DNA of 13,621 nt. Origin: an uncultured bacterium (lineage in GTDB: Bacteria > Hydrogenedentota > Hydrogenedentia > Hydrogenedentales > JAEUWI01). Shown piece after piece: positions 1 through 7,113 of this stretch. The notes under the pieces were generated by a model. It was not told the origin of the DNA. It did no database searches and saw only the letters and a program-made list of their open reading frames with translations. Position numbers and translations under genes: made by a program. The stretch lies in assembly GCA_963977445.1 (NCBI GenBank), contig CAXBPH010000191.1, forward strand, positions 1 to 13,621, read 5' to 3'. Every line of letters begins with the position of its first letter. The stretch's first letter is position 1.

Positions 1-215
1 AAACACAAGTCATGGCGGTCATGTGTGCGGTCATGGCAAGCTTCGCCATGGGCCTCCCCATTTCCACACCACCCAATGCCATCGCTTATGGAACGGGGCA
101 AATCGAAAACAGGGACATGCTCCTGGTCGGCGGCATCACAGGACTCGCCGCGAGTGTATTGGTCATCTTCACCGGCCCCACGGTAATCTCATTCATACTC
201 AATTGGGCAGCTTAA
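1..215 (+). CDS. SLC13/DASS family anion:Na+ symporter, C-terminal part (5'-truncated by window)
   Basis: Frame is open from position 3 (TQVMAVMCAVMASFAMGLPISTPPNAIAYGTGQIENRDMLLVGG...). 'ASFAMGLPISTPPNAIAYGTG...DM...G' is the typical C-terminal hairpin motif of DASS/SLC13 transporters, followed by a final hydrophobic helix. Stop TAA at 213-215. Confidence 0.85.
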   Translation, partial: TQVMAVMCAVMASFAMGLPISTPPNAIAYGTGQIENRDMLLVGGITGLAASVLVIFTGPTVISFILNWAA

Positions 216-2064
216 GTGCCCGCGTTGCCGCCTCGTTGCCCAACAGAATTACATGACGGCTGCCAACGCCTTCTTCAGCAATAATGGTCGTGGGTTGCTC
301 GCCTTCCAGCAAGGCGAGCAGCCAGCGCCAATCCTGCTCTTGGACGAAACAGAACACGGGCGTAGGTTTCGCCAGATTCTCAAAGAATTCATTGACCATT
401 ATCCGCAACTCCACTTCGAAGTGCCGAACCCCATCAATATCATCGGACTCCGCGATGGCCCTATCGATGGCGCTGAGGAGGGCGGCTTGTTCGTCTGCGG
501 ATGGTTGGGCCAGGGATTTCAGGGGCACCTCCACCACCGCACGCTGAATCAGTCGCTGGGCCTTCTTTTGCAGAATAGCCTGTTCCATAAGATTGTCCGG
601 GTTGATTTCTCCCACCAGTCCGGTAAAAACAGGTTCATGAAAATGGCGACTGTAGTAGATGTATTCCTCCCGTGAAAAACCAGCGGAATAAATCTTAATT
701 TCAGTCCCCGCGTCGGCCAACTGCCGAATCGGTCGGCACACCTCGCGGGCCGACTTAAACTGGTCAATTTCGGGAAATATCGTGAAGACCGCCACCGTGA
801 GCACCACCACCATCTGGGTGGCCAGCAGAGTGGGCACGCCACGTCCCCCCACCGCCTTCAGATAGACCAGACCGCCCAACCCCGCGAAACCCGCCACCGC
901 TGCAAAGAGATAGGCGTGGAGGTTGCTACGCAACGTAATGGGCGCGTAGGGCAACGCAAGTGGCAGGGCCGCCATGAAAATCAAAAGAATCGACCACAGA
1001 ATGGCACCACGCAACATCCAGGTGAAATTTTCATTCTCCCGCAACCGCGTAATGGCGACGGCAAAGAGGATCCCAATCACGGGAATGAGCGGCATAAGAT
1101 AGAGTTCGCGCTTCCCGATAATAATACTGAAAAACACCAGGGCCGGGGCGACCCAGGCCCAGAGGAACCGCATAGACTGAGAATCTTTACGGTTTTTCCA
1201 GACCCAGTAGAGTATGGGCGGGCAAATAAAGGTCCAGGGCACCATGTCGATGGGCAGGGTCTTCAGGTAATACCACGGCGGTTGGGCCTTGCTGACGCCC
1301 ATGAGAGCACGGCCGATGGTATTCCGAAAGAGGTTGGCACCTATCCCACTCTCCACCGCCTCCACCGCCTCCGTCGCCGATTCGGCACCGGCCAGTCGGG
1401 CCGGGATATACCAGATCAGAACAACCCCAATGGCCCCAAGAAAGCCCCAGCCCCACCGAGTCGACGCGCGTCCCGCCTTGTTCCCCCAGTAATACACAAT
1501 GAGAAAGAGACCGGGAAATATTAGTGCGGGCGGCCCCTTGGCGAGGAGACCTGCAGCTACGCCTGCGTAGGCAAGGAGCAACCACTTCTTGTTCCGTTCC
1601 TCATCCCAACGCCAGAAAGCGTAGAGGGTGGTCAACATCCCCGCCGTCAGGACCATATCAATCTGACCCCGCCGGGCCTGATACCAGAAACGGAAGCAAC
1701 TAATCAGTATCAGCACGGTCCACAAGGCCACCTGGCGGCCAAAGAGTCGCAGGGCCAGGGCGTAGGTGATTGCAACGACATAAACGGCACAGAGAACCGA
1801 CGGAATGCGGGTGGCGACTTCATTCACCCCATCAAAAGGAATGGAACTCAGAGACATGAGCCAAAACAACAAGGGAGGCTTCTCAAAATAGGTTTCCCCA
1901 TTCACCCGGGGGACCAGATAATCCCCACTCTCCACCATTTCACGGGCCACTTCGGCATAACGCGGTTCGTCGGGTGCCCAGAGGTCATAGCCCCAAATAT
2001 TGGCACCAAATACCAGTAGAGCAAAGAGCAGCAGGGCATAAAATATACGGGAGTCGCGGGACAT
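199..2064 (-). CDS. ArnT-like GT-C (PMT_2/GT39-GT83 type) lipid-linked sugar transferase, polytopic membrane protein, 621 aa
   Basis: Motifs 'LWAPDEPRYAEVAREMVESGDYLVP', 'YFEKPPLLFWL', 'RIPSVL', 'IDMVLT', 'LLAKGP', 'PPWYY', 'PW' and 'KRELYLMP', plus many hydrophobic segments. Substrate is not determinable, so arnT is not assigned as a symbol. Confidence 0.9.
   Translation of the reverse strand: MSRDSRIFYALLLFALLVFGANIWGYDLWAPDEPRYAEVAREMVESGDYLVPRVNGETYFEKPPLLFWLMSLSSIPFDGVNEVATRIPSVLCAVYVVAITYALALRLFGRQVALWTVLILISCFRFWYQARRGQIDMVLTAGMLTTLYAFWRWDEERNKKWLLLAYAGVAAGLLAKGPPALIFPGLFLIVYYWGNKAGRASTRWGWGFLGAIGVVLIWYIPARLAGAESATEAVEAVESGIGANLFRNTIGRALMGVSKAQPPWYYLKTLPIDMVPWTFICPPILYWVWKNRKDSQSMRFLWAWVAPALVFFSIIIGKRELYLMPLIPVIGILFAVAITRLRENENFTWMLRGAILWSILLIFMAALPLALPYAPITLRSNLHAYLFAAVAGFAGLGGLVYLKAVGGRGVPTLLATQMVVVLTVAVFTIFPEIDQFKSAREVCRPIRQLADAGTEIKIYSAGFSREEYIYYSRHFHEPVFTGLVGEINPDNLMEQAILQKKAQRLIQRAVVEVPLKSLAQPSADEQAALLSAIDRAIAESDDIDGVRHFEVELRIMVNEFFENLAKPTPVFCFVQEQDWRWLLALLEGEQPTTIIAEEGVGSRHVILLGNEAATRALKLPN
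1351..1377. repeat. 9-bp in-frame tandem repeat (ctccaccgc x2 + ctccgtcgc) inside the ArnT-like gene
   Basis: Units at 1351-1359, 1360-1368 and 1369-1377 (last with 2 mismatches). Encodes ATE-AVE-AVE on the minus strand. Confidence 0.7.
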
Positions 2065-2138
2065 GAGGGCCTTCTTCCAGATTCGAACATTGGTGCCCCA
2101 AACCGATGGAGGTAGCTTTGCTGGGGAAAATGCCTGTT

Positions 2139-2168
2139 ATAGTACCACCGACCGAAAAGGCCCCGCAA
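2139..2168 (-). promoter_or_regulatory. Putative sigma70-type promoter for the ArnT-like gene
   Basis: Minus strand reads TTGCGG-N18-TACTAT with an extended -10 (TGgTACTAT), ~75 bp upstream of the ATG at 2064, in a divergent intergenic region. Confidence 0.4.
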
Positions 2169-2315
2169 TTAAAGCAGCACGTATTCCTGCTCAGTTCGCA
2201 TTCGCCCTTTAATCTCGGTATCATATCAGCCGTAGCTAAACTAGGATTATTCGAGACGAATTCCACTTCCAGTCCCCCGGATCCGGGTCCGTTTCATAAA
2301 GTTGGAGTACCCTTC

Positions 2316-3431
2316 ATGCCTTCACAACAACGTGTGGCCGTCATTATGGCCGGTGGTTCCGGAGAACGATTCTGGCCCGTATCCCGTCGACTCAATCCAA
2401 AACAGTTGCTTCGATTGACGAGCCCCACCGACACCATGCTCCACGAAGCGGTCAACCGCCTGTTGCCCCTCATTCCCGCCGCAGATATCTATGTGCAGAC
2501 GAGCCCCGAATTGGTCCCTGCGATACGGGATGCCCAGTTGGGTATTCCCGAGGAAAACATCATCGCCGAGCCCTGTCGGCGCAATACGGCGGGCTGCCTC
2601 TCTTATGCCGCAGCCCACATGATGGCCCGCTATGGCAATAACGGAGCCAACGTGAGCATGGCCGTGGTGACGGCGGATCATCGCATCGGTGCTCCCGAAA
2701 ACTTTATTGCCACCCTGCGTAAGGCGCTGGAAGCGGTAGAGTCGGAACCGGCGCTGGGCACCATCGGCATCCCCCCTACCCGCCCTGCGACGGGCTTTGG
2801 TTATGTACAGGCGGACCTGCCCGCGGGCACCGCAAACCTGGATACAGAAGCCCAGGCTTTTGCCGTGACATCCTTCAAAGAGAAGCCCCCTCAGGAAGTG
2901 GCAGAGCGGTACGTTGCGGAAGGGAATTATTTCTGGAACAGCGGCATGTTCTTCTGGAATATCGGCACCTTCGTCAGCGAATTTGAGAAGGCCGACCCCG
3001 CCTATGGAAAAGCCATCCATGCCATGGCCGCAGCAATGGCGAAGAATGACACGACGACGGTAAACGCAGTCTTCAATGACCTCAAGGGTATTTCCATCGA
3101 TTACGCGCTCATGGAGAAGGCCGAACGGGTCGTCATGATCAATGCCACTTTCCCCTGGGATGATATTGGCACCTGGTCTGCCCTGGATCGTGCCGGTGAG
3201 GGCGATGAAAATGGCAATGTATTGAATGGTGACCCCGTGCTCATCGATTGCACCGGCTGTATCGTCTACAACGATGAAGGTGCTGCAAAACGTGCCGTGG
3301 CGGCCGTCGGCGTATCCGACCTGGTCATTGTGGCCACGAAGGATGCCGTGCTGGTGGTACCCAAAAACCGCACGGAAGACGTGAAGCAGGCCGTCCAGGC
3401 CCTGGGCGAACGGGGCGCGACCCAGCTTTAA
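2316..3431 (+). CDS. manC: Mannose-1-phosphate guanylyltransferase (GDP-mannose pyrophosphorylase), monofunctional, no C-terminal cupin PMI domain
   Basis: Motifs 'VIMAGGSGERFWPVSRRLNPKQLL', 'EPCRRNTA', 'TADHRI', 'GIPPTRPATGFGY', 'FKEKP', 'FWNSGMF', 'ISIDYALMEKA', 'WDDIGTW', 'VATKDAVLV'. Start moved from 2106 to ATG 2316, where GGAG at 2304-2307 is the RBS and the family N-terminus begins. Confidence 0.93.
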   Translation: MPSQQRVAVIMAGGSGERFWPVSRRLNPKQLLRLTSPTDTMLHEAVNRLLPLIPAADIYVQTSPELVPAIRDAQLGIPEENIIAEPCRRNTAGCLSYAAAHMMARYGNNGANVSMAVVTADHRIGAPENFIATLRKALEAVESEPALGTIGIPPTRPATGFGYVQADLPAGTANLDTEAQAFAVTSFKEKPPQEVAERYVAEGNYFWNSGMFFWNIGTFVSEFEKADPAYGKAIHAMAAAMAKNDTTTVNAVFNDLKGISIDYALMEKAERVVMINATFPWDDIGTWSALDRAGEGDENGNVLNGDPVLIDCTGCIVYNDEGAAKRAVAAVGVSDLVIVATKDAVLVVPKNRTEDVKQAVQALGERGATQL

Positions 3432-3500
3432 ACTAAATATCCAAAGATTCATCTCGGACATTTTTCAAGACATTCGGATTCCAGCTTCGAATACGCGAGC

Positions 3501-3533
3501 TTGGGAGCGCAGGCGGGCCGCCTGCGCTCCCAA
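3501..3533. repeat. Perfect 33-bp palindrome, REP-like
   Basis: ttgggagcgcaggcgg-g-ccgcctgcgctcccaa: 16-bp arms that are exact reverse complements, with a 1-nt centre. No U-tract directly after it. Confidence 0.75.
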
Positions 3534-3668
3534 TTGTCAAAGGCTGCTTTTTGGGCGATAGTAGTCAAGCTGCCGTTGTGTTGGCCTCTTGCTGGAGCTT
3601 GCGTGCATTGTTGAAGCTGACGAACTGGATTTGATCGAGGTCAATCTTCGCCTAAATAGACTATCTAC

Positions 3669-3703
3669 AAAAGGGCCTCTCGATGAATCAAGAGGCCCTT
3701 TTT
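3669..3703. terminator. Bidirectional intrinsic terminator between convergent manC and aldo/keto reductase genes
   Basis: aaaagggcctct-cgatgaatca-agaggccctttt(t): 12-bp inverted repeat with an A-run before and a T-run after, so there is a U-tail on both strands. Confidence 0.85.
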
Positions 3704-3756
3704 CTGTTTAATGGGTGATTATGAAATAAGCAGGATTGGCTAAAGCGACAACGCGC

Positions 3757-4737
3757 CTACCAGCCCCGTTGTTTCATGGCGTCCATAGACTCCCGATCCG
3801 TAGCGCGGGGTGGGTCAACGGACAACGCCGTAATCTCACGGCGAGCCTCAAGGCTCAGTTTGTGATCGAGACAGGTCAGGGTATTGGTAAACTGCTCCAG
3901 ATTACGTGCACCAAAGATGGCCGAGGTCACCAGGGGGTGACTGTTCACCCAGGCGAGGGCGAGGGCGGCCGGTGAGACGCCCTTCTCTTTCGCACTCGCG
4001 ACAAATTTCTTCGTAATTTCGACATACTGGGGATTGTCGTAGCGCTGCTTATACATGGCGGCTTCATCGAGACGCCCCGTGCCGCCTTCGAGATACTTGC
4101 CCGTCAGCAGGCCCGCACCGAGGGCATTGTAGGGAACGAGACCAAAGCCTTCATAGTCCACCATGGGCATAATTTCCACTTCGACCTGGCGCTTCACGAG
4201 GCTATACATGGGCTGCACCACCGATATCGGCGCGAACCCACGGAGCTCACTCACGGCCTGAGCGCGCATCGTCTGCCAGGCTGAAAAATTGGAAACGCCC
4301 ACATAGTGCACCTTTCCCTGCTCCACCAACGTATTCATGGCGGCCATAGACTCTTCAATGACCACATTTTCATCCCAATGGTGCAGGTAGACGATATCGA
4401 TGTAGTCCGTCTGTAATCGCTTCAGGGATTTCTCCACCGAGCGTATCAGATTACGACGGGACATTCCTTCGTCATTCATGCCGCCGCCTGCCGGAAAAAA
4501 CACCTTGGACGTAAGGATAATCTGGTCCCGATGGGGCCCGATCCAACGCCCCACAATCTCCTCTGTTTTCCCCAGATTATAGTTGTGGGCACCGTCGAAA
4601 AAATTGATTTTCGCTTCAAGGGCCGCCTCCATAAGAGATTGAGACGTCTTTTCATCGGCTTCATTGCCAAAGGTCATGGTGCCCAGACAAAGTTCAGAAA
4701 CGAGCAGTCCGGTTTTTCCGAGACGATTGTATTCCAT
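3757..4737 (-). CDS. Aldo/keto reductase (NAD(P)H-dependent, TIM barrel)
   Basis: 'MEYNRLGKTGLLVSELCLGTMTFG', catalytic D/Y in 'FFDGAHNY', K in 'LTSKV', H in 'SLKRLQTDYIDIVYLHHWD', plus 'GKVHYVGVSNF', 'QPMYSL', 'LGAGLLTGKY' and 'IFGARNLEQ'. Start moved to ATG 4737, with upstream GGAAGGA RBS. Confidence 0.93.
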   Translation of the reverse strand: MEYNRLGKTGLLVSELCLGTMTFGNEADEKTSQSLMEAALEAKINFFDGAHNYNLGKTEEIVGRWIGPHRDQIILTSKVFFPAGGGMNDEGMSRRNLIRSVEKSLKRLQTDYIDIVYLHHWDENVVIEESMAAMNTLVEQGKVHYVGVSNFSAWQTMRAQAVSELRGFAPISVVQPMYSLVKRQVEVEIMPMVDYEGFGLVPYNALGAGLLTGKYLEGGTGRLDEAAMYKQRYDNPQYVEITKKFVASAKEKGVSPAALALAWVNSHPLVTSAIFGARNLEQFTNTLTCLDHKLSLEARREITALSVDPPRATDRESMDAMKQRGW

Positions 4738-4770
4738 AGTCAAACTATCCTTCCGCAGTACAGGTCTTTG

Positions 4771-4799
4771 TTGTAAATTCGTGACTCGTATACTATCAT
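4771..4799 (+). promoter_or_regulatory. Putative sigma70-type promoter for the molybdopterin oxidoreductase
   Basis: TTGTAA (4771-4776)-N17-TATCAT (4794-4799). An overlapping alternative is TTGTTG-N17-TACTAT. Lies in an AT-rich divergent spacer ~57 bp before ATG 4856. Confidence 0.5.
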
Positions 4800-4855
4800 T
4801 CAAAAACCATGCACATCACCTGTGCCCCGAAATACCGGACTGGAGCTTAATTGCC

Positions 4856-7105
4856 ATGCGAACTATTTGCCCGTTGTGTGAGGCCACCTGTGGCGTGCGC
4901 GTCACGATGGAAGCTGGCCGCCCGAAAGCGGTGCGCGGTGACGACGCCGATCTCTTCAGTCGTGGCTACATCTGCCCCAAAGGCGTCGCGCTGGCCGAGC
5001 TCTCCGAAGATAAGGATCGCATTCGCGAACCCATGATTCGAGAAGGTTCCACATGGCGCACCGTCAGCTGGGACGAGGCCTACGCACGGGTCGACGCGGG
5101 ATGGCGTCAACTCTGGGCACAACATGGCAAGGATGCCCTGGGTATCTACCTCGGCAACCCCTCCTCCCACAACACCAGTGTCCAGCTCTATGGCTTTCCC
5201 TTGTTCAAGATGCTGGGGACCCAGAACTTCTTCTCCGCAAGCACGGCAGACCAGATGCCCAAACATGTCTCTACGGGCCGTCTCTTTGGCGATGGCATGT
5301 CCATCCCCGTGCCTGATATCAATCGATGCGACTACTTGCTCATCCTGGGTGCCAACCCGGTGGAATCCAACGGCAGCCTCATGACGGCCCCCGATCTCCC
5401 CCAACGGCTACGGGCAATTCAGGAACGTGGTGGCACCCTGGTGGTCATTGACCCCCGCAAGACCAAAACAGCCAAGATGGCAGATGAGTATCACGGGATT
5501 ACACCCGGCTCTGACGCCTTCTTTCTGGCGGCCATCGTGCATCAGATTTTTGCCGATAAACTAATCATCGCCGACGGGCCGATAGAGCTATGTAATGACC
5601 AGGACGTACTTCGGGAAGCGGTAGCTCTTTTCGCCCCTGAACAGGTGGCCAATCATTGTGGCATTCCAGCCGAGGTCATTATTGGAATCGCACGGGCCTT
5701 TGCCGCCTCACCAGCCGCTGCCATTCATGCGCGTATGGGCACAACAACCCAGGCCCACGGCACGATTAGCTCCTGGCTGGTAGATGTCATCCATATCCTT
5801 ACGGGCAACCTGGATCGCCCCGGTGGAGCCATGTTTACCCGGGCAGCCCATGGCGGCAGCAATACAAAAGGCACCCCTGGTACAGGAAAAGGATTCAGGA
5901 CGGGACGTCGGACCAGTCGTGTGCGCAACTATCCGGAAGTGATGGGCGAATACCCCTGCGGCGCGATGGCGGAAGAAATCATGACTCCCGGCCACGGTCA
6001 GATTCGGGGCATGTTTACGGCCTGTGGCAATCCAGTCCTCAGCACCCCCGACGGCGCGCGACTGGATGAGGCGCTGGCTTCTCTGGAGTTCATGGTCAGT
6101 TTTGATATCTATCTGAATGAAACCACCCGGCACGCCCACGTTATCCTCCCCGACGTAAGCCCGCTGGAACGTCCACACTACGACCTGATTTTCAGCCAGT
6201 TGGCCATCCACAACTATGCGCGCTATGCCCCACCGGTAATGGAACCAACGGACCGGCCCGCTGGCTGGGAAATCTTGCTCAAGCTTATTGGAATTGCCGC
6301 CGGGTTGGGTCCGGATGCGGATATCGACGCATTGGATGAGCAGGGTCTCCGGCAGCAAATTGAACGGGAGCAACGCCAGCCCCATTCCACGATTGCCCAC
6401 CTCGATGTTGCATATATCATGGAGAAACTGGCCCATCGGCGTGGTCCGGAAAAACACCTCGATTTTCTTCTACGTAGTGGTCCCTATGGGGATGGCTTCG
6501 ATGAAAACAGCGGCGGACTTTCGCTGGCAGACCTGGAAGCTTCGCCCGAGGGTATCGACCTCGGCCACCTTGCTCCCCGCTTGCCGGAGATTCTGCGGAC
6601 GCCCTCTGGAAAGATCGAACTTGCACCATCCCTCTTCGTCGACGAGCTGCAGGTTTTGTCTGAAGAACTGGCAACCGAACCCGCGAATGAATCCTTGCTC
6701 CTGATCGGACGTCGACAGTTGCGCTCCAACAACTCCTGGATGCACAACGTCCCCAGTCTGGTGCGCGGAAAGGACCGCTGCACCCTGCTCATTCACCCCG
6801 ACACCGCGCGAAAACAATCTCTATCCGATGGCGCGCTCGTTTGTGTTGCCACAGCAACGGGGCAGATTAATCTCCCCGTAGAATATACGGTCGACATCAT
6901 GCCGAACATTGTCAGCATCCCCCACGGCTGGGGACATGTGCTGGAGGGCGTCAACATGGGTGTGGCCACCAAACATGCCGGTGCCAACGTCAATATTCTG
7001 GTCGACCCGACACGTCACGACCATTTTTCCGGGAATGCCGTTCTCAATGGCATCCCCGTTACCCTTTCGCTGGCAGAATCGAGGGCGGCATCACCCGCGA
7101 GGTGA
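4856..7105 (+). CDS. Molybdopterin-dependent oxidoreductase (DMSO reductase/bis-MGD family) catalytic subunit with N-terminal 4Fe-4S site, substrate unknown
   Basis: N-terminal 'CPLCEATC...YICPKG' 4Fe-4S motif, 'RIREPMIR...VSWDEA', 'ILGANPVESNGS', 'VVIDPRKTKTA', 'TGNLDRPGG', 'DIYLNETTRHAHVILP', and a C-terminal molydop-binding domain 'RRQLRSNNSWMH...IHPDTA...PHGWG...NVNIL'. Start moved to ATG 4856 (GGAG at 4842-4845). No Tat signal. Confidence 0.92.
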   Translation: MRTICPLCEATCGVRVTMEAGRPKAVRGDDADLFSRGYICPKGVALAELSEDKDRIREPMIREGSTWRTVSWDEAYARVDAGWRQLWAQHGKDALGIYLGNPSSHNTSVQLYGFPLFKMLGTQNFFSASTADQMPKHVSTGRLFGDGMSIPVPDINRCDYLLILGANPVESNGSLMTAPDLPQRLRAIQERGGTLVVIDPRKTKTAKMADEYHGITPGSDAFFLAAIVHQIFADKLIIADGPIELCNDQDVLREAVALFAPEQVANHCGIPAEVIIGIARAFAASPAAAIHARMGTTTQAHGTISSWLVDVIHILTGNLDRPGGAMFTRAAHGGSNTKGTPGTGKGFRTGRRTSRVRNYPEVMGEYPCGAMAEEIMTPGHGQIRGMFTACGNPVLSTPDGARLDEALASLEFMVSFDIYLNETTRHAHVILPDVSPLERPHYDLIFSQLAIHNYARYAPPVMEPTDRPAGWEILLKLIGIAAGLGPDADIDALDEQGLRQQIEREQRQPHSTIAHLDVAYIMEKLAHRRGPEKHLDFLLRSGPYGDGFDENSGGLSLADLEASPEGIDLGHLAPRLPEILRTPSGKIELAPSLFVDELQVLSEELATEPANESLLLIGRRQLRSNNSWMHNVPSLVRGKDRCTLLIHPDTARKQSLSDGALVCVATATGQINLPVEYTVDIMPNIVSIPHGWGHVLEGVNMGVATKHAGANVNILVDPTRHDHFSGNAVLNGIPVTLSLAESRAASPAR

Positions 7106-7113
7106 TCGTAACT

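Noticed and set aside
2108..2119. ops/JUMPstart-like GGAGGTAGCTTT upstream of manC
   Set aside because: Mismatches the GGCGGTAG core, manC appears monocistronic, and the site lies ~200 bp from the start.
2276..2287. 12-bp perfect palindrome cccggatccggg in the manC leader
   Set aside because: Single short GC-rich palindrome that could arise by chance, with no second copy.
2106..2315. 70-aa N-terminal extension of ManC in the ORF track
   Set aside because: It would fill the divergent promoter region. The family N-terminus and RBS support ATG 2316.
2322..3461. 379-aa antisense ORF spanning manC
   Set aside because: Shadow frame of a well-supported gene. It has no recognisable motifs, and long antisense ORFs are expected from codon bias in GC-rich DNA.
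3565..3651. Peptide ending in 'AA*' resembling a tmRNA tag
   Set aside because: No tRNA-like ends or T-loop/CCA, and it lacks the usual hydrophobic-aromatic (YALAA-like) ending.
3589..3711. 40-codon TTG-initiated plus-strand ORF in the spacer
   Set aside because: No RBS, and it runs through the terminator hairpin.
4664..4855. Overlapping N-terminal extensions of the Mo oxidoreductase (from 4664) and the AKR (from 4803), including an apparent 'RR' that might suggest a Tat signal
   Set aside because: Better RBS-supported starts exist at 4856 and 4737. The 'PRRLYS' lies antisense within the AKR gene and lacks a proper hydrophobic region.
4847..7024. Several minus-strand ORFs (up to 249 aa) inside the Mo oxidoreductase
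   Set aside because: Antisense shadows with no coding signature.
7103..7105. Possible selenocysteine read-through of the oxidoreductase TGA
   Set aside because: The TGA follows a complete C-terminal domain, and there is no internal in-frame TGA at the active site.
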